IMG/VR virus record: IMGVR_UViG_3300033067_001096
Location: 1-48,442 of that record
From: a virus
Lineage: Duplodnaviria > Caudoviricetes
Reading direction: 5' to 3' (one strand)
Length of the DNA: 48,442 nt
Made by a program: the position numbers and the translations under genes. The notes beneath the pieces are model-generated. The model was not told the DNA's origin, searched no databases, and saw only the letters and a program-made list of their open reading frames with translations. Positions 16,479-26,209 of the stretch are shown here, piece after piece (the first letter of the stretch is position 1; every line of letters begins with the position of its first letter).

Positions 16479-19186
16479 TGCTTGCCGCTCTCGATACGCA
16501 TCTTGGCAGCGTCGACCGCGGCCTGACCATAGCGAGCGACGATATCAGCTTCCTCCTCCGGTGTCTCGGCGCTGTTGAGCGCGTTGATGGTGCGCAGGAT
16601 GACTTCGGAACTCGGCGGTGCTGCAGGCTCCGGCTGGCCCGGATCGGCGGGCGCGGCCGGGTCTTCCGTGCCGCTGATAAACGCGCCGACGCCCTTCTTG
16701 AAGCGCGTCCACAGGCCCTCGTCCGACGAACTCTCTACCTGGTCGCGGTCGGTCGCCGCGCCCGGCTTCAGGCGCAGAGGATCACCGCCGGCTTCGATCG
16801 CCTGCATGTATCCTGTAAGAAGTTCTGCAGTATTCTTTCCGACGCCGTGGTATTCCGACAGCGCGTACAGAATAACCTCTTCGGTGTAAGGACCGAAGGC
16901 CTTTTGCAGCGACTGGTACTGCGCGATGATGGCAGCGTTCACTTCCGGCGCGTTCTTGCCGGCGAGTTCCGGCACGCGCGCCAAGGACTTGCCGATCTCC
17001 ATAGCCCACTCGCGTGGCACCGGTGCCTCGGAGCCTGGCTTCAGGTTGAACTCCTTCTGCCGGTCGAGCATGACCTTGACGAAAGTCTGCACGTCTTCCG
17101 GGTTTAGGTTGCCCTGGTCCATGCCGGCGCGCACCTTGTCATGCGCGGCCGCCACGTCTGGGAACTGCATCGCCGCCTCGGCGGGCTGCGTCGCGCGCAG
17201 CTTGGTGATTTTGTCGATCTCCTTCTGCACGGCTGCCTGGACCTGGATGTCGTCAGCGTAGGTCGGCGAGCCCGGCACCGGCTCATAGTCGGCGAGACGC
17301 TCGTCCATCTGCGACATGGTGGCCGTAGACAGCCCGTCGCGCGCCACGAACATGCGCTGCGCCTTGCGCTTCTCGTTGGCCCACTTCACGTAGTCGTCTT
17401 CGCCGAGCACGGTCGACACGGCGGTGTCATCGAACTGGCTGGTGCCCTGGCCCGTCGCGCGGATAGAGGCGAGCTCGTCGTCCATCCGCGACTGCAGCTC
17501 GACGCGCTGCACGGCGGAAGCCTTGCTGGTCTCGTTGTAACGCTGCGTGACAGCCTGGTCGGCGTTGGCAATGTAGCGCTGGCGATCGGCGTAGGGCAGC
17601 GTGGCGTAGCGGCCGGAGGGACCGACGCCCGCACCTGTCGGCGCCTTGGCGCCGCCCGCCATGTGCTCCTTGACGACGTCGCGCGCCCACATCGGGATCG
17701 TGTCGCTGTGATGGCTCGAGCCCCAGGCGCGCCGGCCGCCGAGATCGACATGGATCGAGTTGGCGTAGATGCCGAGGCCCGTCACGCCGTTGGCCGACAG
17801 GGTGCGCAGCAGCTGCTTGCGCTCCTCGATCGAGTAACCGGACACGTCGATGTCCATGGCATTGCCGCTGAGGTGCTGGCTTTGGCCGGCGCCGCCGACG
17901 CGGGCGTTGTCCTTCTGGTCTCGGAAACCGGAGTTGATCTTGACCTTGTCGATGCCAAAGGCCGCGAAGGACGACTTGACGCGCCCGACGAGATCCGGGT
18001 TGACCTTGTCCTCGCTCTGCCCGGCGATGGCCGCCATGCCCTTGCGGTTGAAGACCAGCTCCACCGACTGCGGGTTGCCCTTGCCGGCGCTCATGCCGGG
18101 CAGGCGGGCCATGATCTCCTTGTAGTATTTGCGGGTCTCCTCGGGAATGACGCTGTCGTCGCGCCCCGACTTTATCCACGCTTCGGCGCGGCCCGGCCCG
18201 CCATTGTAAGCGATGAGCGCGGCTTCGAGCCCGCCTGTCGGGCCGAAGGTCCTGATCTGCTTCTTGAGGTAATAGTCGCCATACCGCTGGTTGACGACCG
18301 GGTTCGACATGTAGGCTGCGATCTGCGCCGGGTCCCAGTCCTGATGGAAGCTGGTGTCGCCGATTTCCTTGGCGATGTCGCGCGCGGTGCCCGGCATGAC
18401 TTGCATGATGCCGAGCGCGCCCTTCGGCGACACGGCGTTCGGATCACCGCCGCTCTCCTGCACGATCAGCGACTTCTTCAGCGCTTCGAACTGGGTTGTC
18501 GGCGACAGGTAGCGCGGGTCGGCGCCGAGGTCCTTGAGCACACCCTCCGGGTCCTGCTGCAGCATGCGGTCGAGCGCCGCGGTCTGGGCGAGTTTCTCCC
18601 ACTGCGCTTTCTGCGCAGCCTTCACAGGGGTCGGCAGACCCGACGCCTCGATCTCGGAAAAGCCCTGCTGCAGCATCTGATCGTAGGCGGCCGGATCGCG
18701 CGAGATGGCGGTCGCGAGCTGCTCCTGGCTCTTGCCGAGCTCCTCGTTGTACCACTTGTAGGTCTGGTCCTTCTCGACGTTCGCGGCCTTGTCGGCCCAC
18801 GCCGTCGTGTCGACGCCGTCGTCGCCGAGGATCGTTGCGTACTTGTCGCGCAGCCGCTCCGGCACGGAGGCCAGGAACTTGTCGCGGGCAGGACGGTAAA
18901 CGTCGGAAACGAAACTGTCGTGGAAGCCGGTACCGTCTGGCGCGATCTTATCGGCGCTGTCGGTGAGCCCCTGCCCGAGGTCGAGCTGCAGCTTGCGGTA
19001 ATCGTTCTCGGCCTTGAAATTTTCCTTGGTCTGCTGGCGCTCCTGCGCTGCGGCGCCGAACGTCGAGATGGACCCGCCAAGGTTCTGGATCGCCTCGCCT
19101 AGCGCGCCGCTGATCTGCGGGCGCGGCATGCCGCCCGCGTCGCCGTCGAGCTGCTGCTGGGCAACGTATTTGACGATCTGTGCCAT
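16475..19186 (-). CDS. Internal virion protein with lytic transglycosylase (SLT) and peptidase M15 domains
   Basis: QESGG.P.AVSPKGALGIMQVMPGTA, AYNGGPG; SGFR...N..VGGA..SQHL.GNAMDI...GLGIY...IHVD. Confidence 0.88.
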   Translation of the reverse strand: MAQIVKYVAQQQLDGDAGGMPRPQISGALGEAIQNLGGSISTFGAAAQERQQTKENFKAENDYRKLQLDLGQGLTDSADKIAPDGTGFHDSFVSDVYRPARDKFLASVPERLRDKYATILGDDGVDTTAWADKAANVEKDQTYKWYNEELGKSQEQLATAISRDPAAYDQMLQQGFSEIEASGLPTPVKAAQKAQWEKLAQTAALDRMLQQDPEGVLKDLGADPRYLSPTTQFEALKKSLIVQESGGDPNAVSPKGALGIMQVMPGTARDIAKEIGDTSFHQDWDPAQIAAYMSNPVVNQRYGDYYLKKQIRTFGPTGGLEAALIAYNGGPGRAEAWIKSGRDDSVIPEETRKYYKEIMARLPGMSAGKGNPQSVELVFNRKGMAAIAGQSEDKVNPDLVGRVKSSFAAFGIDKVKINSGFRDQKDNARVGGAGQSQHLSGNAMDIDVSGYSIEERKQLLRTLSANGVTGLGIYANSIHVDLGGRRAWGSSHHSDTIPMWARDVVKEHMAGGAKAPTGAGVGPSGRYATLPYADRQRYIANADQAVTQRYNETSKASAVQRVELQSRMDDELASIRATGQGTSQFDDTAVSTVLGEDDYVKWANEKRKAQRMFVARDGLSTATMSQMDERLADYEPVPGSPTYADDIQVQAAVQKEIDKITKLRATQPAEAAMQFPDVAAAHDKVRAGMDQGNLNPEDVQTFVKVMLDRQKEFNLKPGSEAPVPREWAMEIGKSLARVPELAGKNAPEVNAAIIAQYQSLQKAFGPYTEEVILYALSEYHGVGKNTAELLTGYMQAIEAGGDPLRLKPGAATDRDQVESSSDEGLWTRFKKGVGAFISGTEDPAAPADPGQPEPAAPPSSEVILRTINALNSAETPEEEADIVARYGQAAVDAAKMRIESGKQ

Positions 19187-19620
19187 CAGGCGAAGCTGCT
19201 ATCCATGCGCGCGAGCCCGCCAATCACCGGCGACAGGAAGGCCGGGATCGCCGAAGCCTTGGCGATGCCCGCGTTCATGTCGCTCAGCTTGGCCTTGTAG
19301 TTCAGGTTGTCGGAGGCGAGCTTCGAGTTCCAGCGGATGGCGGCCACGTCGAGCGCGCCCTCCTCCGTCGTATCGAAGATCGTGTCTGCGGCCGAGCCGT
19401 CGAGGCCGACGCCGTTGGCCGTGAAGCCGGCACGCTGCGCGCCCGTCGTGCGCTTGATTTCGTCCTGCGTGCGCTCGGCCTTGTAGCCGCCCGTCTGCGT
19501 CTCGATCTTGGCCTGGCGGCGCTCGAACTCGGCCTGCCCCTTATAGCTGGCGGACTGCGCCATGGCGCCCATGGCGGCGCCGACGCCGCTGACCACTGCT
19601 CCGACTATCGGCAGGCACAT
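19186..19620 (-). CDS. Internal virion protein (T7 gp14-like position)
   Basis: MC start, Gly/Ala-rich hydrophobic N-terminus, QRA...ANGV...GSA motif; synteny. Confidence 0.7.
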   Translation of the reverse strand: MCLPIVGAVVSGVGAAMGAMAQSASYKGQAEFERRQAKIETQTGGYKAERTQDEIKRTTGAQRAGFTANGVGLDGSAADTIFDTTEEGALDVAAIRWNSKLASDNLNYKAKLSDMNAGIAKASAIPAFLSPVIGGLARMDSSFA

Positions 19621-22130
19621 TAAGGCTCTCCGTCGATGCCCAGCGAAACGGCCCGTATGGTCGCCGGGTACATGCTGTCGGTTTCGAAAACGAACACCCC
19701 GTTGTTAGACCAACTGTCGTTCCCGCTCAAGGAATACATTCCTGTCCTGAGCGTTGTCGGCTCTGTCGGCTCGTGCTCGACGTCGTCCTCGAAGGTGAGA
19801 ACATCGACGCCGTTCAGCGACCCGCACTCGAGGCCGGCAGTCTGGTACAAGTCGACCGACGCCTCGACGATCTGCACCTTGCGCCCTAAGCCGGAACCGT
19901 CCTGGTTGCCGATCTGCGACAGACGCAGCGTTTCGGCGCGCGCTGCCATGCGCTTGCCGACGACCACGGTATCGCAGTCGATGCCGGTGACCACGCTCAG
20001 CGTGCCCCCGACGACCGTACCGCCGCCGACGTCGCGTCCGCCCGCCCACACGCCGACGTCGGCGTTGGTCAGGTGGCCGAGGCCGGTCAGGCTGAGCACG
20101 CCCGTCGTGCTGTTATAAGTGACGTTGCCGCCCGACAGTTCGATCGCGCAGGCGGCGTAGACGGGCGACTGACCGCTATGCGTCTCCTCGCGCCAGAAGG
20201 GGGCGAGCCGCTCGTAGTAGCGCACGATCGACGCGCCCAGCGTGCGCCGCACGGTGAGCCACAGGTCGGAGCCTTCAGCCCCCGGCAACACTTCGATGTC
20301 TTCGACGATGTCGAGGTCTGGCAGCGCGTCGCCGCTGTTCGGCGCCCCGCCCCAGTCGATCAGCGACGCGGCCGCCACCTTCTGCTCGCGGTCGTAGGTG
20401 AAGGCGATCACCTTGCCGTCCGTGCGCAGCCCGAAGATGATCTTGTGCGGCGAGCTCATGTAGACGATCTTGGTGACGCCGATGGCGAACAGATGCTCGC
20501 TCAGCGTCGAGGCCTCGCGCGCCAGGTAGCTCTCCGTCTCATAGGTGTAGGCGCTCTCGTAGAGCCTCTGCTCGTAGAGATCGAGGAACATCAGGACGTT
20601 CTCGATCTGGATCGGGTCGGCGTTGGACGACGACACGATGCTCTCGGTCTTCTGCCTGATGTTGTCGGGGCCAAAGGCCGAGTTCGGGTTGTTGCGGCCA
20701 AGGCTGCGGATGCTGCCTGCCGTGCCGACGCCGATCTCCTTGCCGTCGGCCAGCCAGTTGATCTCGTTTAGCACGCCGCCCGTCAGGCGGGCCGACACGG
20801 CGTCATCGACGACGACCGGCGACGACACGCCGTGGTTGTCGTAGTCGGCGTTCTTCGACCCCCACACGGTCAGCGGGTCGCTGTTCGTGCGGGCCGACAG
20901 CAGCCGGTCCTCGTAGATGCCGACGGCCGATGGCCAGCCCGTCTCGTCGGACCACGCGCCGAGACGCCAGTTGATAATCGGGTCGAGGTCCGGCAGCGCG
21001 TGGTCGAACAGGCGGATCGTGACGACGGTCGACGAGGTGCGCGCCTCGATACGCGCCCAGCGCCAGCGCCCGTCGGAACCAAACAGGCGTATCGAGCGAC
21101 CGACATCGGTCGTCTTGAAGCCGGCACCGCCGTTGATGCCCGTCGTCGAGGAAGCGGTCAGGTTGAACGGGGTCTGGTTGGATGCCTCACGGTGGTAGCC
21201 GATCTCAGCTATTTTCATGTACCGCGTGCTGGCGTCGACGTAGTTCGTGCCGGTAACCGCCAACCGGTACGCGCTGTAGGCGGTAAGGTTCACGAAAGAA
21301 AAGAAGCGCTTCTCGTTTGGAAGCCACCCACTCTGCGCATCTCGGGTGTCCAGCGTTACCCACGTCGATCCGTTGTAGCCCTGCACTTTCCACGTGGAAG
21401 GGCTGTTGTCGCCCGCCGGGGCGCCCTGCACCCAATAAGCGTCTACGATGGCCGACCCTGCGGAGAAGGTGTAGTCGATGTCGACAGGCACGCTCGTGTA
21501 CCCTGTGAACGTTCCAGGGTCGTTATCGAAAGCCTTATCGACCGACCACCCCGCTGTTTCCGGCCCTATGGAAGCCGTCGGCGTTCCCGTTATCTCGTTT
21601 ATGTTGCCAGTAGACGCGGGCGTCAGCGTCGTCGCCGTCGTGTTCGCCGGGAGGTACGGCCCGTCCTCCGTGCTGAGCAACGCCAGCACCCACGAGGTCT
21701 CGGAGAGGCGCGTCAGCGTGCGCGGTTGGTAGCCACGGCAATAGATGTAGATGACGTCGCCAAGCTGGCGCGTCTTGATGTTGGGCAGGTCCGCCTCGAG
21801 GTACGGGGTGACGACGGTTACCGGCGTCCCGGGCGGGCTCTCGACGCGCCCGGTCGTGTTCCAGAAGCGGAAGTACAGGTTGCCCGCCTCGATCGAGTAG
21901 ACCTGCGTCCGGTTGAACTCGAAGCGCAGCGTGCGCGCCTTCTTGTCGTTGTAGCGCAGCGGCCCCTCGTAGAAGGTGCCCGGGCAGCGCGTGACGCCGC
22001 CGTAGCGCATGACGATCCAGTTCGTCAGCTCGGCCATGCCCGCCTGGTAGTGCTCGGTGTCGACGCGTGCGTGGACGTACGGCGTCACCTCGCCGCGGGT
22101 CATGTTGGCCTGGAGCGTATGGACGACCAT
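19620..22130 (-). CDS. Tail tubular protein B / nozzle (T7 gp12-like) with an inserted discoidin-like domain
   Basis: Q.N.T.GE..P....RVD...Y...N.....GG..R.PGT; GWPSAV..YEDRL; synteny. Confidence 0.85.
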   Translation of the reverse strand: MVVHTLQANMTRGEVTPYVHARVDTEHYQAGMAELTNWIVMRYGGVTRCPGTFYEGPLRYNDKKARTLRFEFNRTQVYSIEAGNLYFRFWNTTGRVESPPGTPVTVVTPYLEADLPNIKTRQLGDVIYIYCRGYQPRTLTRLSETSWVLALLSTEDGPYLPANTTATTLTPASTGNINEITGTPTASIGPETAGWSVDKAFDNDPGTFTGYTSVPVDIDYTFSAGSAIVDAYWVQGAPAGDNSPSTWKVQGYNGSTWVTLDTRDAQSGWLPNEKRFFSFVNLTAYSAYRLAVTGTNYVDASTRYMKIAEIGYHREASNQTPFNLTASSTTGINGGAGFKTTDVGRSIRLFGSDGRWRWARIEARTSSTVVTIRLFDHALPDLDPIINWRLGAWSDETGWPSAVGIYEDRLLSARTNSDPLTVWGSKNADYDNHGVSSPVVVDDAVSARLTGGVLNEINWLADGKEIGVGTAGSIRSLGRNNPNSAFGPDNIRQKTESIVSSSNADPIQIENVLMFLDLYEQRLYESAYTYETESYLAREASTLSEHLFAIGVTKIVYMSSPHKIIFGLRTDGKVIAFTYDREQKVAAASLIDWGGAPNSGDALPDLDIVEDIEVLPGAEGSDLWLTVRRTLGASIVRYYERLAPFWREETHSGQSPVYAACAIELSGGNVTYNSTTGVLSLTGLGHLTNADVGVWAGGRDVGGGTVVGGTLSVVTGIDCDTVVVGKRMAARAETLRLSQIGNQDGSGLGRKVQIVEASVDLYQTAGLECGSLNGVDVLTFEDDVEHEPTEPTTLRTGMYSLSGNDSWSNNGVFVFETDSMYPATIRAVSLGIDGEP

Positions 22131-22133
22131 GCC

Positions 22134-22721
22134 TCAGTACCTGGCGCGGATGATGTCGTGCTGCTCGGTCGGCTCCGGCGATCCTTCGAAGGCGTCGATC
22201 AGTTCGGCCTGGTCGTAGGCCTGCTGCGCCTGCTGCGCGCAGAGCTGGACGAAGGTCGTCTTGCGCACGAAGCGGTGCGCCATGCCGTGCGCCAGCTTGG
22301 CGGCGACGTAAGTTGCGAAGAGCGGGTCCCACTCGCCTGGGTCCTGCTTGTTCATGACGATCTCGACGTTGAGCGCCCCGGTCGTGTTGGTGTAGAGCGC
22401 GTTGCCCTTCACCTCGTGGCTGACAGGCGCAGCGCCGCGGTAGCCGCTGATCGTCAGCGGCAGGACGCGCAGCCACAGGTTCGGCAGGTCGTACTTGGTC
22501 GTCCAGCGGAACGCCGGCACGTCAACCGAGGCGTTGAGCTGGTGGTACTCGCAGGCGAAATTCCACGGGTTGGCGCGCAACGCCGCCTCGACGACCGGCG
22601 AGTAGTTGCGGTTCAGCCACCTGGCATACTCGTTGACGCCGGAAATGCCCGACAGCGGCTGCTCGGCGATCATGTCGAGAGCCATGTTGTAGACGCTGGT
22701 GACGGTGAGGCTGGTTGGCAC
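22134..22721 (-). CDS. Tail tubular protein A / adaptor (T7 gp11-like)
   Basis: NMAL..I.E..., L..NPWNFA, Y.LP..WLRV, D...WDPLF...VAAKLA. Confidence 0.85.
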   Translation of the reverse strand: MPTSLTVTSVYNMALDMIAEQPLSGISGVNEYARWLNRNYSPVVEAALRANPWNFACEYHQLNASVDVPAFRWTTKYDLPNLWLRVLPLTISGYRGAAPVSHEVKGNALYTNTTGALNVEIVMNKQDPGEWDPLFATYVAAKLAHGMAHRFVRKTTFVQLCAQQAQQAYDQAELIDAFEGSPEPTEQHDIIRARY

Positions 22722-22731
22722 AGCGCGGCCT

Positions 22732-23166
22732 CTACGCTATTGGGTAGGCTATTGAGCCCTGGATAATGACGATCGACGCATAGGTATCCGTCGCGGAGAG
22801 GTTCCCCGCGCTCATTCCTGAGCCGGAAGCAGTGATGCGGATAATCTGACCGGCCGATAGGATGCGCGGATTGAATTGCGTGTAGCTTGCTTTGGTCACG
22901 CCGCCGATCAGTGACAGGCTGCCAGACCAAACGGCGTTTGTCAGTGTCTTGGCTGCATATGGTAATCCGCTGATGAGAAGATTGCCGCTGGCCGTGCCTA
23001 GCGAGAACGCGGATGTGGTGAGGCTGAAGTCCGCCGACACCCTCCTGCCGTCTAGCACCCACTCACCCCATTGGATGGTGTGTGTTATTGCCAAGGAGCC
23101 AGGCGTGTCAAAACTGATTACCGGCGTCCATGTGCCGTAGCGTGGAGCTGCTCTGCCGATAAACAT
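22732..23166 (-). CDS. Hypothetical beta-rich protein resembling a fibre C-terminal module
   Basis: GTWTP...G.W...GR.V...F......ISGLPY pattern; lower GC. Confidence 0.5.
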   Translation of the reverse strand: MFIGRAAPRYGTWTPVISFDTPGSLAITHTIQWGEWVLDGRRVSADFSLTTSAFSLGTASGNLLISGLPYAAKTLTNAVWSGSLSLIGGVTKASYTQFNPRILSAGQIIRITASGSGMSAGNLSATDTYASIVIIQGSIAYPIA

Positions 23167-23270
23167 GGGCGGTAAGCCTCTTTGATCTCGTAGGTTTTAT
23201 TTCCTACCATTGTTTGCGGAGGGCGTCTACTCCGGGGCGGCACGTACACATGATGTGAGGGTGGTGGGGT

Positions 23271-25241
23271 CTAGGCGTCCGTCACTGTCGGCGGGCCGTT
23301 CTTGCAGGAATGTCCGATCGGCAGGTTCGCCCCAGCAAGGCCACCCGCCCAGGACATCCATCCTTCAAACTGGGCGAACTCGCTTGCGGTAAGCACACGG
23401 TTCAGCCACCCCCAAAGCGCCAGATGGCCAGTCCAGATGTTGCCGACCGCGCCCGCTGCCGCAGCCTGTGCTCCGATGACGACACGAGAGGTCGTGAAAG
23501 CACCGATCGTCGTTGCGCCGGTTACAGGGGTGTTGCCGTCAACACTCAGCGTTGCAGTTGGTGAAGCCCCGGCGGGCACCGACACGACAACCGAGCGATC
23601 GAGCCCCTGCCATGTGCTTGTGCTGAGCGGCCCTGTTGCCGGCTGGAAGCGAACCTGGTTCGACCCGTTGCCGAGGCTGATCGCGTTGCTTGAACCGCCC
23701 GTGGCGTCGCCAATCGACATGAAGTAACGGAAGGTCGCCAGGGCCGGATCGGCGTAGGCGAGGGCGAACATGCACAGGGCCGATTGCCCATTCGGCGTGC
23801 TGGTGACGACGGCCTGTGTCATGGAATCGCCGCCGTCGAATTGCAGCGTCGGCCTTCCATTTCGGCCCGTGGCTCGCCATGTCGGCTTTGCAGCACCTGA
23901 ACCCTGATCGAAGCTGCGTCCGTTGCCCTTCTGGCTGGTGATCTTGGAGACGAGATCGGACCCGTCCTTCGTGATCGAAGTCAGGTCCGCAGCATCATAC
24001 CAGTCGACTACCGCCGATCCGAGGACGGCTGGCGTCCAGAGCGGCAGCGTGGCTCGCATGTCGACAGTCATGGCCTGCGTTGCGGTCAGGCCGCGCTCGT
24101 CTGTCGCCTTGACCGTGACGTTGTGGACGCCGAGCGCAACCGAAGTCGCCACGACGAGCGTCTGTCCGACGATGGAGAAACCGGCGCTGTCCGCCGAAAC
24201 AATGCTCCACGAGACGGTTTTCGATGCGCTAAGCGTCAGTGCGACTTGCTGATCCTGCGCTGCGTAGCGATTGGCGTTCGAGGTGATGGTGATAGGGCCG
24301 AACTGCGCTTTGACGCCAAGACCAGACGCTGGATACGTCCCGTCGCTGATCTCGTTCTGGTGGTTGGCCTTCGTGTCGCGGTCGAAATAGGCATGGAAGA
24401 CGACGTTGTTGGCGCGTACCCATGCGCCGACGCCATCCGCGTAGGCGGCTGCGTTGTCCACGTCGACGCCCCATTCCCATAGCGCCAGCGGCTTGTTGTG
24501 TGCCACTCCAAACGCAACGAGATAGTTCATGCCATTGGCGGCGGAGAGCTTGTTAGACCACACCTGCGAGGCCGTCTGGCCGGAGGACTGGTCGAACGCC
24601 GTGACCAGATAGGTGTCCATGCCACAGATATCGACGTAGCTGTCGCCGGGCCAGACCTGCCCATAGGGCACGTTCACGTTGCCGGGCGAGGTCCGCTGGA
24701 ACCACGTCGGGCAAAAGCAGAACTTGAAGCGCGAGGATTTCGCCCGGAAACGTCCAACGCATCGCTGAAACGCGGCGATATAGTCGGCCTCGAAGCCCTC
24801 GGCGTCCCAGGAATAGTACCCGCCGAACATCTCCCAACCGATCCGAACGAAGATTGGTTCGGATGGTGTTGTGCGAGCCGCAAGGAAGATATCGGCCAGA
24901 GCGTCGTAAGTGCTGTCACCGGCACCAGCGGCAACCTGCGCCAAGGTCGAGACACTCGGCACCGCCAACGGCACCGACCAGGCGATCGGCTTGCCAGTGC
25001 CGTATTGCGTAACATCGTCGTTCGCCTTGGTGATGACGCCAGCCCACGACGTGCTGTCGCAGAAGCCGAGAACGAGATCGACCGATGCACCGAGGAACGT
25101 CTCGAAGGTGCTTACCGCGCCGGGCTTGCGAACGCCGAACAGGCGCGATGGCATGACCACCCCACCGCCCTGACTTGGGGCGGTTCCACTGCGCGCGGGC
25201 GCCCTCAGCGCTGCATCGTATGCTTGCGACCCGACGAGCAC
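23271..25241 (-). CDS. GH26-like glycoside hydrolase + Ig/cadherin-like + ConA/LamG-like protein (probably virion-associated)
   Basis: RIGWEM, WPGDSYVDICGMDTY and HNKPLALWEWG give both catalytic Glu; VTVKATD Ig-like repeat; WYDAAD...GRNGRPTLQFDG. Confidence 0.75.
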   Translation of the reverse strand: MLVGSQAYDAALRAPARSGTAPSQGGGVVMPSRLFGVRKPGAVSTFETFLGASVDLVLGFCDSTSWAGVITKANDDVTQYGTGKPIAWSVPLAVPSVSTLAQVAAGAGDSTYDALADIFLAARTTPSEPIFVRIGWEMFGGYYSWDAEGFEADYIAAFQRCVGRFRAKSSRFKFCFCPTWFQRTSPGNVNVPYGQVWPGDSYVDICGMDTYLVTAFDQSSGQTASQVWSNKLSAANGMNYLVAFGVAHNKPLALWEWGVDVDNAAAYADGVGAWVRANNVVFHAYFDRDTKANHQNEISDGTYPASGLGVKAQFGPITITSNANRYAAQDQQVALTLSASKTVSWSIVSADSAGFSIVGQTLVVATSVALGVHNVTVKATDERGLTATQAMTVDMRATLPLWTPAVLGSAVVDWYDAADLTSITKDGSDLVSKITSQKGNGRSFDQGSGAAKPTWRATGRNGRPTLQFDGGDSMTQAVVTSTPNGQSALCMFALAYADPALATFRYFMSIGDATGGSSNAISLGNGSNQVRFQPATGPLSTSTWQGLDRSVVVSVPAGASPTATLSVDGNTPVTGATTIGAFTTSRVVIGAQAAAAGAVGNIWTGHLALWGWLNRVLTASEFAQFEGWMSWAGGLAGANLPIGHSCKNGPPTVTDA

Positions 25242-25243
25242 CG

Positions 25244-25621
25244 TCAGGTCTCCGTCGCGGTGAACTTCTGCCCGGTCGTGGCGCCGACGATGGAGACCGC
25301 TTCGTTGGTGCTGACGGAGAACGGCGCGCCGGCAGGGACCAGCCAGCTATTGGCGGTATCCGCCGCAGCGGTGCCGCCGTCCTCGTTGATCCACATATCG
25401 GCAGTCGATATATTCTGCCCCGTGAGCGACCGGCGCGCGCTATTCGCGGCCGCGAGCTGCTGCGCCGTGCCGCCGGTCGTGATCGACCCGGAGCGGCTCG
25501 TACCGGCCGGCAGCGGGCTACCCGCTACGCCATCGGAGCTGACCGGGGTAACCGGCAGCGGGTTCGTCGAGCTGACTTCTGTGAAGTCAGTTCCGAGCGA
25601 CAGACGTACCTTCGAGCCCAC
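25244..25621 (-). CDS. Small structural/head accessory protein
   Basis: Thr/Ala/Gly-rich beta protein (AANSARR.L..QN.S..DMWI) in the head gene cluster. Confidence 0.55.
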   Translation of the reverse strand: MGSKVRLSLGTDFTEVSSTNPLPVTPVSSDGVAGSPLPAGTSRSGSITTGGTAQQLAAANSARRSLTGQNISTADMWINEDGGTAAADTANSWLVPAGAPFSVSTNEAVSIVGATTGQKFTATET

Positions 25622-25624
25622 GGA

Positions 25625-26122
25625 TCACTCCTGCTTGTCGGCCGCAGCCATCGCCGCGGCCGCCTTGGCTGCTTTGATGATGCGGTTGTGGCGGCTGCGT
25701 TCGGGACGGGACACGAGCGCGGCGTCGCGCGCGGCCTTGCCGGCGATGCGGCCGATCTCGACGGCCTCGTCACGGATGCGCTCGCTGGCTTCCTTGGCCA
25801 TTGCGTTCAGCACATGCAACGGGATAGGGCCGCCGTTCGCCTTGGCCTTGGCAAAGAGCTCCTGCGCGTCGGTCTCGGGCGGCTGGTAGGCGGCGTCGAG
25901 TTCGGCCTGGGCCTCGGCTGCGGCGCGCTTGGCGGCGATCTGTGCCTTGCGGTCCGGCGCGGCCTTGCGCTTCGGCGGCACGAAGTCGGGCTGCGACTGC
26001 TCCTCGGACTTCGCGGCGAGCGCGTGCAATTCCTGTTCGGCAGCTTCGGTGGCGTTGGCCTTGCCGGCTGCGCGCGCCTCGCGGCGCTCCTGCATCTTCT
26101 TGATCTGGTCGAGGCTGGGCAT
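25625..26122 (-). CDS. Hypothetical Ala/Lys/Glu-rich helical protein
   Basis: ORF with GGAG RBS and typical codon usage. Confidence 0.6.
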   Translation of the reverse strand: MPSLDQIKKMQERREARAAGKANATEAAEQELHALAAKSEEQSQPDFVPPKRKAAPDRKAQIAAKRAAAEAQAELDAAYQPPETDAQELFAKAKANGGPIPLHVLNAMAKEASERIRDEAVEIGRIAGKAARDAALVSRPERSRHNRIIKAAKAAAAMAAADKQE

Positions 26123-26165
26123 GTCGTTCTCCGTTTGCGGTCTTCAGGCGCGCTGCGCGGGGCAT

Positions 26166-26199
26166 AAAACCCAGGGCGGGGTGGCGGCCCCGCCCTGGG
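26166..26199 (-). terminator. Intrinsic terminator after the capsid/decoration genes
   Basis: CCCAGGGCGGGG-loop-CCCCGCCCTGGG followed by TTTT. Confidence 0.75.
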
Positions 26200-26209
26200 C
26201 AAGATCGGC

